Shown here piece after piece: positions 57,416-64,000 of a stretch of 64,000 nucleotides of DNA. Each line of letters starts with the position of its first letter. Position 1 is the first letter of the stretch. The position numbers and the translations under genes are program-made. The DNA is from an uncultured Bdellovibrionales bacterium (GTDB lineage Bacteria; Patescibacteriota; Minisyncoccia; Moranbacterales; UBA1568). The notes beneath the pieces are model-generated. The model was not told the DNA's origin, did not search any database, and saw nothing but the letters and a program-made list of their open reading frames with translations. The DNA lies in the NCBI GenBank assembly GCA_964420045.1, contig CAYQPQ010000002.1, positions 2,979 through 66,978 on the forward strand, in the 5' to 3' direction.

Positions 57416-57793
57416 TCATGGAAGAGCGTGCCAACTCACAAGCGTGACGCCGGAACCAGTTCTGTTGAAAACAATTGTCGCCGCATGATCGTAGGCGCCA
57501 TTCGTTCGTACCGTTGCTGTCCATTCGTTTCCCACCTTCGAAAGAGATACGGAGCAAGACCCGTCCGGATGTGTTATTGTTCCGCCGGAATAGGAAGCGC
57601 TCGCGCGCGAGAAAAGCAGCACATCCTCAACACACCCATCAAGCAATCCGCGAGCACTCGCTCCTTCGGAAAGTGCAAACGACGTTTGCGCATTGCCAAT
57701 CGAGAGAATCGTCACCGTCACCCCGAGCGCAAGCGCAACCGCGAGAAGGATAAACACTGTCGAAAGGATAATGAAACCGCGAGACCGTCGCAT
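57416..57793 (-). CDS. Minor pilin / pseudopilin-like protein
   Basis: RGFIILSTVFILLAVALAL is an N-terminal hydrophobic prepilin-like segment, though the canonical Glu at +5 is absent. The protein is small. Confidence 0.5.
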   Translation of the reverse strand: MRRSRGFIILSTVFILLAVALALGVTVTILSIGNAQTSFALSEGASARGLLDGCVEDVLLFSRASASYSGGTITHPDGSCSVSLSKVGNEWTATVRTNGAYDHAATIVFNRTGSGVTLVSWHALP

Positions 57794-57807
57794 ACTGTAT
57801 AGGAAAA

Positions 57808-58368
57808 TTATAGTGAGTGAGACCGAAGTTCGGCGGAAGATCGAAGCGCTGTAGAACTCGAGTATTCAAAGCGATTGCCCGCAATAACCGTTCCAAGTTT
57901 GATTTCAAAACCGACATTTTTCGTGCTTCCATCGGCAGAAGACGCATTGGCAAACACCAGAGAACTCACCGCGACATTGGTTGATGTCAGAGCAACGGGT
58001 GCCGACGCGCCGAGCGCAACCCGAAGCGTCCCGCCGGAAACATCAATCACGATCGGATCATTTGGCGCAACGCCGCGAAGCGTCAACTTCGATCCGGAAA
58101 CAGTTGCCAGATTGACATTAAAATTGGAGTTCGTTGTATCAATATCCGTCGCCTCGCGAATAAAAAACGTGAGCTTCTCGGAAGCAAGCCTCGCATTCGA
58201 AACAACGTCATGATGCGTCCCATTCTTCGCACCAATGCCGATCATGTTCCACTCAAACAAAACAAGCACCGTCAAAACGATGCCGGATATACCCACATAC
58301 AACAGCATCTCAATAAGAGTAAATCCTTGCTGTTTTTGATTTTTTTTCAACATTCTTTTCATATCCAA
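57808..58368 (-). CDS. Minor pilin / pseudopilin with a prepilin-type N-terminal methylation domain
   Basis: QGFTLIEMLLYVGISGIVLTVLVL is a class III signal. Confidence 0.8.
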   Translation of the reverse strand: MDMKRMLKKNQKQQGFTLIEMLLYVGISGIVLTVLVLFEWNMIGIGAKNGTHHDVVSNARLASEKLTFFIREATDIDTTNSNFNVNLATVSGSKLTLRGVAPNDPIVIDVSGGTLRVALGASAPVALTSTNVAVSSLVFANASSADGSTKNVGFEIKLGTVIAGNRFEYSSSTALRSSAELRSHSL

Positions 58369-58389
58369 AATAGTTCCATTCCGGACATA

Positions 58390-59886
58390 CTATTGCGGAG
58401 CAAACACGACAAATTCCTCCGTATTGGAAGCGCCAACACCAAATGCCCGATCGAGCACCTCACTATACGCGATACCAAGAAGATTGGTATTGCCCGAAAC
58501 ATTCACAGAACCGACTACGGAGGGAGATGCTGGCGAAGCAATATCCACCACCTGAAACTCAGATGAATTACTACTCGTTGCCAAAAAAGCAAGCGTGTTG
58601 GAATTTCCAAAGGTGAGAGCGATATCATTCACAGTATCCGACACATTGACAGAACCAAGAAGTGATGGACTTCCCGGCGTCGAAACATTCACCGTATAGA
58701 CATCGCTCCCTCGTCCTACCAAGAGCGTTGTTCCGACAATCGCCACCGTCGTCGCATCGGTCGTCCCGAAAAGATCGAGCGACCCAGCAAGCGATGGTGA
58801 CGACGGAACGGAAACATTGATCACCTGCACCTCCCGTGAATCGTGCGCCGACGCCGCATAAGCGAAGTTCCCCGAAACAACCACTTCATTTCCACTGGCG
58901 CCAAGATCCATCGAGCCGACGAGTGTTGGCGAACTTGGCGTCGAAACATTTACAACCACGAACTCATTGTCCGAACCGCTCGCTCGAACCATATATGCTG
59001 TTGTGCCAACCAAGAAAACACCGAGAGCATCTTCCGTGCCGGGAGCATTCAGCGTACCAACCACGCTCGGTGACGATGGAGTCGCGATATCCACCACCTG
59101 CAACTCCTGATTATTATTCTTATTCGAAATCACCACAATTCCGCCAGAAACAGCGATATTGGTCGGCGTACCAGTAACAGTCAAAGACCCGACAATGCTC
59201 GGATTCAACGAGTCACTCACATCAATAATCAGGAAATTTGGACTTCCGCTCGGACGAATCATGTAAACAAAATTTCCTTGCAGTCGAATCTTGATGCCGT
59301 TATTCGTTCCGGACGTATTCAGACTCGCAATCTGTGTCGGATTCGTCCAGTCACCGCCACTGCTTATCGGCAGATTCCAATCGGTCACAAAGGAAACGAG
59401 TGAAATCGTATTCGTACGCGACACCGAAACCGGCCATGTCACCGTCGACGTTACTTTTCGACTCAATGGATCATCCGTACCACCGCTCGCCACGATATTT
59501 CCATTTCCATCGCGAGCAACTGGTGCAACCGATACCGTACGCACATACTTCCCATAGGACGTTGACGCACCGGAAAATGCCCACACACCTCCAACTCCAA
59601 CACGATCAATGCCGGAAGAAGCCACTGTCCCAAGCGATGCGAATGATTGATTCTTTATCGAGCGAAGCGCTTCGATACCCTCGCTTGCGTAATTCGACGC
59701 GATGCTTTCCTCTTCTGCAAGTCGATCCGCATCGAGCCCTTGCAAAAGAAGCGCGAGCGCCCCCGACGCGAACACTGCAAAAAGTGCCGCCCCAAGAAGC
59801 ACCTCAACCACTGAAAACCCGCGGCGTTTTTGAAAAAAAATATTTTGTTTTTGACCTTTCTTTTTCACGTTTCTATTGTAACACAA
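58390..59886 (-). CDS. Pilin-like protein fused to a large LVIVD-repeat beta-propeller domain (putative pilus tip adhesin)
   Basis: The N-terminal RGFSVVEVLLGAALFAVF prepilin signal is followed by at least seven repeats of the form ...S.P..VGS...G....V.V.G..AY.A....EVQV.DVS... (LVIVD-type). Confidence 0.7.
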   Translation of the reverse strand: MCYNRNVKKKGQKQNIFFQKRRGFSVVEVLLGAALFAVFASGALALLLQGLDADRLAEEESIASNYASEGIEALRSIKNQSFASLGTVASSGIDRVGVGGVWAFSGASTSYGKYVRTVSVAPVARDGNGNIVASGGTDDPLSRKVTSTVTWPVSVSRTNTISLVSFVTDWNLPISSGGDWTNPTQIASLNTSGTNNGIKIRLQGNFVYMIRPSGSPNFLIIDVSDSLNPSIVGSLTVTGTPTNIAVSGGIVVISNKNNNQELQVVDIATPSSPSVVGTLNAPGTEDALGVFLVGTTAYMVRASGSDNEFVVVNVSTPSSPTLVGSMDLGASGNEVVVSGNFAYAASAHDSREVQVINVSVPSSPSLAGSLDLFGTTDATTVAIVGTTLLVGRGSDVYTVNVSTPGSPSLLGSVNVSDTVNDIALTFGNSNTLAFLATSSNSSEFQVVDIASPASPSVVGSVNVSGNTNLLGIAYSEVLDRAFGVGASNTEEFVVFAPQ

Positions 59887-60036
59887 GGAAAAATGTCTTT
59901 TCTTCAGATACGCCTATCAAGATAGTAAAAGAAATCTTTCAAAAGTTTATTCAAACATTCGCCGAACATTTAGGAGAAGTTCTTCTTTTTGCTATCGAGA
60001 CAATTTTCAAAACAAATGAAATTTTTTAACACAACA

Positions 60037-60783
60037 TCACCCCGTCCAGTCAAGAAAGCTTTTAAGCGCGCGGCGTAGCGAGAGGGCGGTTTCGCGATTG
60101 AGTGACAGTTTCGGAAGCGAAGCGAGTGAATTAGCAAAGAGAATCCGCAGAAATTTCACCGCGCTCTCGCCAAACGGAAGCGCAATGCTTGCCCGATCTC
60201 GATGATAATCACAAACGATTCCGCCTACATCCGGACTGAAACAATACCGTCCGTTCGCAACAAGCACTTCTTGACCCACTGCGCACCGGTGCGTCTCGAT
60301 GCGATACCCGAGCCGTTCGAGCAATTTCCAGAAGAATCCTTGCGAAAGCAAAAATATTTTCTCCGAAAATCGGTCCGCTTCATCACACTCCTGCCTCGGC
60401 AACGCGCTGATAATTTCAAGTGCACGAAGAAGCCCCAGAAGCAGCGCGAATGCTTCCGCATCCGTTTCACCCTCCTCCATCCGCCGATCAACAACCGATA
60501 CTGCCTCAAGCGCCGCGCGAAGCGCCGCTTCGTCACTCCGAATATTCGGAAAGAATTCTTCCGCAATCGCGCCCGAAATATTCCCGCGCCCGCGACTCCG
60601 CATGACCGAAACACTCGCAAGCGAGAGCGTCTCGAGCTGCCCCGCGAGTTTCGCCTCGGGCTTCCGCACCCCGCGCGCCACCGCGCGCACCTTCCCTCCC
60701 TCCTTCGTCAACAGCGAATACACTCGGTCCGTCTCACCCGTGTCATACTTCCGCAAAACAAGAGCTGTATAGGAAAGTTCCAT
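60037..60783 (-). CDS. recO: DNA repair protein RecO
   Basis: The N-terminal OB fold is ALVLRKYDTGETDRVYSLLTKEGGKVRAVARGVRK, and a C-terminal Cys cluster C...C..C is typical of RecO. Confidence 0.75.
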   Translation of the reverse strand: MELSYTALVLRKYDTGETDRVYSLLTKEGGKVRAVARGVRKPEAKLAGQLETLSLASVSVMRSRGRGNISGAIAEEFFPNIRSDEAALRAALEAVSVVDRRMEEGETDAEAFALLLGLLRALEIISALPRQECDEADRFSEKIFLLSQGFFWKLLERLGYRIETHRCAVGQEVLVANGRYCFSPDVGGIVCDYHRDRASIALPFGESAVKFLRILFANSLASLPKLSLNRETALSLRRALKSFLDWTG

Positions 60784-60789
60784 GACTCA

Positions 60790-61347
60790 TTACAAGAGTT
60801 GCAAGTAATCCAATGCCATATATCCGAGCTCAACATCAGTCATGCAACCGGAACGAAGCAGCTTTCGAAATTCATTAAGAGAAAGGAACGCAACCTCTGT
60901 CGATTCTCCATTATCCTCCAACATCGGTTCGGCGACTTTTTCGCACTCGGTGATGCAAAACACATTCTTTTTGTAGGTTGCGTACGCGCTCGGCAATACC
61001 GTCCCGACAAATTTCGAAATGCCTCGATAGCCGGTTTCCTCGAGTAACTCGCGATTGATTGCCACTTCCAAATCCTCGCCGTCTTTCGGCCCGCCACCCG
61101 GCATTTCCAGAAGTATTTCCGCCGGTCCCGGGCGAAACTGCCGTGCCAAGATCACGCGATTATCCTTCGTAAGCGCGAGGCATGCCACCGGATCGTGATC
61201 AGAAGTATTCAGATAGAAATCCGTTTCCTTCCCATTTGGAAGCCGGTACACTCGTTTTTCTACCCCTCGTCCGTACTTCAAGAAGACGCTCTCTCGGGAA
61301 ACTTCTTCCCAACGTTGTACCGCGTTATTCATACTTTCTTCAACCAA
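60790..61347 (-). CDS. NUDIX hydrolase
   Basis: The NUDIX box is GGGPKDGEDLEVAINRELLEETGY, which fits GX5EX7REUXEEXGU. Confidence 0.85.
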   Translation of the reverse strand: MVEESMNNAVQRWEEVSRESVFLKYGRGVEKRVYRLPNGKETDFYLNTSDHDPVACLALTKDNRVILARQFRPGPAEILLEMPGGGPKDGEDLEVAINRELLEETGYRGISKFVGTVLPSAYATYKKNVFCITECEKVAEPMLEDNGESTEVAFLSLNEFRKLLRSGCMTDVELGYMALDYLQLL

Positions 61348-64000
61348 AAATGAAATGTGTCTCCCTCAATCTTAGTCTCCTCTACATATTCTGCATCAGC
61401 AATTTCACTAGACTGTACTTCCGTCGCCAGCACTTCTTTCGCGATCATCTCTTGGAAACCCGGAACACTATTTTCCGCATCACCCGCAAACACTTCTTTC
61501 TTCCCATCATACCCAAGCACGATTCTATCTTCCACATTGAATCCCGATTTCTTCCTTCCCTCCTGAATTGCCCGAATGATTTCCCTCGCCTCACCTTCGA
61601 GCTTGAGCTCGGGGGTGATGTTGGTATCCACAACTACAACTGGATTATTTATATGCGCCCTAGCCGAAACAACACTCACATGAACAACAGCATCAACACG
61701 TTTAGCATTCAGTTCATCAGCTATAATAGCTTTGAGTTCTTGCATCAGGTTTATCTCAATTTCCGCTCTAACATTAGATATGGGCTGCCTCACCTTTATC
61801 TTCGCTTCCGCACGTTTCAAAAGTCCCACACTAACAATCTCACGAACCAATTTCATGTCCGTATTCAGTTTCGCATCAATCAAACCACCATCCGCTTCCG
61901 GAAATTCCGCCAAATGAACAGAACTTTCCTTGGTAAGATTCCGATATATTTCTTCCGCAATAAAGGGAGTGAACGGCGCGAGAAGTTTTGCAAGTGTCAC
62001 GAGAACATCGTAGAGCGTTTGATAGGCTTGTTCTTTGTCACTATCATCCTCCGACTTCCAAAATCGTTTTCGCGAGCGGCGAATATACCAGTTCGAGAGA
62101 TTATCAAGAAACGTCTCCACCTTTTGCGTCGCACTATAGACGTCATAATTTTCAAGCGCGCCATCAACATCGCGAATCAAGAGTTGCAATTCCGACAATA
62201 TCCATCGATCAAGCAAACTCTTTTGTCTGTCATCCTCGGGCTTGACCCGGGGATCCAGAATACCGGAAGACTCTGGATTCCCGCCTTCGCGGGAATGACG
62301 ATTCAGAAGCTTCCACCCATCAATCGCCGCATACGTCATGAAAAACGAATACGAATTCCAGAGCATGCGAAAGACACGGTTCTGCACGTCGCGCATTCCT
62401 TTTACGTCAAAACGCTTCGGAAGGCCTGGCTGATTGAGTGAGAAGAGAAGCCAGCGAAGCGCATCCGCGCCATACTGATCGAACATTTCGAACGGATCAA
62501 TCACGTTCCCCTTCGACTTCGACATCTTCTTGCCTTTCGAATCGAGAATATGTCCGAGGCAAATCACGTTTTTGTACGCGCGTTGTTCTTTTACAACGCC
62601 AGCCTTTGCCAAGAGATTCGCCATCGCATGAAGCGTATAGAACCACCCTCTGGTCTGATCGATCGCTTCACAGATATAGTCCGCCGGAAATGTTTTTCCG
62701 GTTTCGATATTTTTCTTTTCTTCACTATTTGTCGACGTCGGATAGCCGAATTGCGCCAAAGGCATCGCACCCGAGTCAAACCACACATCCAACACTTCCG
62801 GCGTCCGTCGCATCATGCCGCCACACTCACACGAAAATTCCACATCATCAATATACGGCTTGTGCAAATCACCAAGCTTCTTTCCGGAAAGTTTTTCCAA
62901 TTCGGCGGCGGATTCAATCACCCTCGTTTTCCTGCACGACGCCAACTCGCATACCCAAATAGGAAGTGGCGTCCCCCAATATCGCTCGCGCGAAATCGCC
63001 CAGTCCTTCACGCCTCGCAGCCACTCACCAAATCGCCCGTCTCTGATATGCTCCGGCACCCAGTTGATCGATTCATTTCCCTTTGAGAGCTCCTCGCGCA
63101 GTTCCGACATGCGGATAAACCACGACGGCTTCGCATAGTAAATGAGCGGCGTATCGCACCGCCAGCAGAACGGATATTCGTGCGTATACGATTCTTCCTT
63201 GAAGAGCAATCCGCGATTTTTCAAATCTTCAATCACCAATTCATCCACAGCGTATCGATTCTTATCATTCATCTTCTTCACTGAGATTCCTTCGCCTGGA
63301 AGATCAAATCCTTTCTTCATCGTTCCATCCTGCTCGACCGTGAGAAGCGTCGGCAAGTCATTCTCCCTCGCCACATTCGCATCATCTTCCCCAAATGCCG
63401 GCGCAATATGCACAATCCCTGTCCCGGAATCCGTCGTGATGAAATGTTTTCCATTGACTTCATCCGAGATCACTTTATAGATTCTCTCTTCACCATTGTT
63501 CTTGCCAAGAGTTCTATAAAGTGACTTATACCGTAGCCCCAGCATCAGCACTGGCGTAACTAGCTCAAAAACCATTTCAATTCTTGTTTTTTTGTCATCG
63601 GAAGAAATAACAAAACCATTATTATTTCCACCTCCAAAGAATTTCCCAATTTCTTTTTCTTGAACAAAAATTTTCACTTTATTTGCATCCTTTGCAAAAT
63701 AATACTCATCGCCAATCTCAATTTTTGACAAGAATGACCTATCTCCCTCAATAGAGACTACTTTTGCTTTTACATATTCAATATTCGGATTCATCGCCAA
63801 AGCCACATTCCCCGGCAATGTCCACGGCGTCGTCGTCCATGCCAACAGATACGTCTTCCCCTGATTCTTAATTCCTAATTCCTGATTCTCCAATTCAAAC
63901 TTCACATACACCGAATTGTCCGTCGTCTCTTTGTACCCCTGCGCGACTTCGTGCGATGAAAGCGCCGTCCCACACCGATAGCAATACGGAACCACCTTGT
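61329..64000 (-). CDS. ileS: Isoleucyl-tRNA synthetase; the 5' end continues past the window edge. It carries an in-frame 26-nt palindromic element insertion at 62276-62301
   Basis: KMSKSKGNVIDP is present, along with an editing/CP1 region, the WFDSG segment and the anticodon-binding domain LDRWILSEL. The ORF stays open to coordinate 63995 with no start inside the window. Confidence 0.9.
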   Translation of the reverse strand, partial: KVVPYCYRCGTALSSHEVAQGYKETTDNSVYVKFELENQELGIKNQGKTYLLAWTTTPWTLPGNVALAMNPNIEYVKAKVVSIEGDRSFLSKIEIGDEYYFAKDANKVKIFVQEKEIGKFFGGGNNNGFVISSDDKKTRIEMVFELVTPVLMLGLRYKSLYRTLGKNNGEERIYKVISDEVNGKHFITTDSGTGIVHIAPAFGEDDANVARENDLPTLLTVEQDGTMKKGFDLPGEGISVKKMNDKNRYAVDELVIEDLKNRGLLFKEESYTHEYPFCWRCDTPLIYYAKPSWFIRMSELREELSKGNESINWVPEHIRDGRFGEWLRGVKDWAISRERYWGTPLPIWVCELASCRKTRVIESAAELEKLSGKKLGDLHKPYIDDVEFSCECGGMMRRTPEVLDVWFDSGAMPLAQFGYPTSTNSEEKKNIETGKTFPADYICEAIDQTRGWFYTLHAMANLLAKAGVVKEQRAYKNVICLGHILDSKGKKMSKSKGNVIDPFEMFDQYGADALRWLLFSLNQPGLPKRFDVKGMRDVQNRVFRMLWNSYSFFMTYAAIDGWKLLNRHSREGGNPESSGILDPRVKPEDDRQKSLLDRWILSELQLLIRDVDGALENYDVYSATQKVETFLDNLSNWYIRRSRKRFWKSEDDSDKEQAYQTLYDVLVTLAKLLAPFTPFIAEEIYRNLTKESSVHLAEFPEADGGLIDAKLNTDMKLVREIVSVGLLKRAEAKIKVRQPISNVRAEIEINLMQELKAIIADELNAKRVDAVVHVSVVSARAHINNPVVVVDTNITPELKLEGEAREIIRAIQEGRKKSGFNVEDRIVLGYDGKKEVFAGDAENSVPGFQEMIAKEVLATEVQSSEIADAEYVEETKIEGDTFHFWLKKV
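62276..62301. mobile_element. Copy of the 26-nt palindromic hairpin element gattcccgccttcgcgggaatgacga inside ileS, in frame (encodes ...HSREGGNPESSG...)
   Basis: The 26 nt are identical to 13424-13449. The flank ccagaataccggaagactctgg is related to the flank of the 13251-13300 copy. The IleRS segment between the conserved FMTYAAIDGW and LDRWIL blocks is about 20 aa longer than in E. coli IleRS. Confidence 0.75.

Overview
This 64 kb window is gene-dense and most genes lie on the minus strand. The content looks consistent with a small-genome Patescibacteria (CPR)-like bacterium. That placement is tentative; it rests on many type IV pilin-like genes, giant repeat-rich surface proteins and a cohesin/dockerin pair. 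Recognisable housekeeping genes include a translation cluster (smpB, tmRNA, infC, rpmI, rplT), typA/bipA, obg, recG, recO, mutY, mnmA, ileS (partial at the window edge), lgt and a DEAD-box helicase. The left edge carries a large serine recombinase pressed against tRNA-Ser(GCT), preceded by 1.3 kb of hairpin-rich non-coding DNA, so the window may start inside an integrated element. The most unusual observation is a family of short palindromic elements (MITE/RPE-like). The same 26-nt hairpin core is inserted in frame in two unrelated conserved genes, an O-antigen-ligase-like gene and ileS. A roughly 20-nt element is nested in the hairpin loop, and the same 20-nt element sits in the D-loop region of two truncated tRNA copies tandemly duplicated upstream of an intact tRNA. 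Other points worth a second look are a 25-bp perfect inverted repeat between rpmI and rplT, a membrane sensor that appears split from its histidine kinase, and a pilus locus with a pilin fused to a beta-propeller and a PilM/N-LytR_C fusion. There is also an SDH-family Clp-fold protease next to two unknown proteins, an orphan yeaH (DUF444) homolog, and a 1981-aa surface protein with near-identical nucleotide repeats. All assignments come from reading motifs in the provided translations and the raw sequence; no database search was possible.
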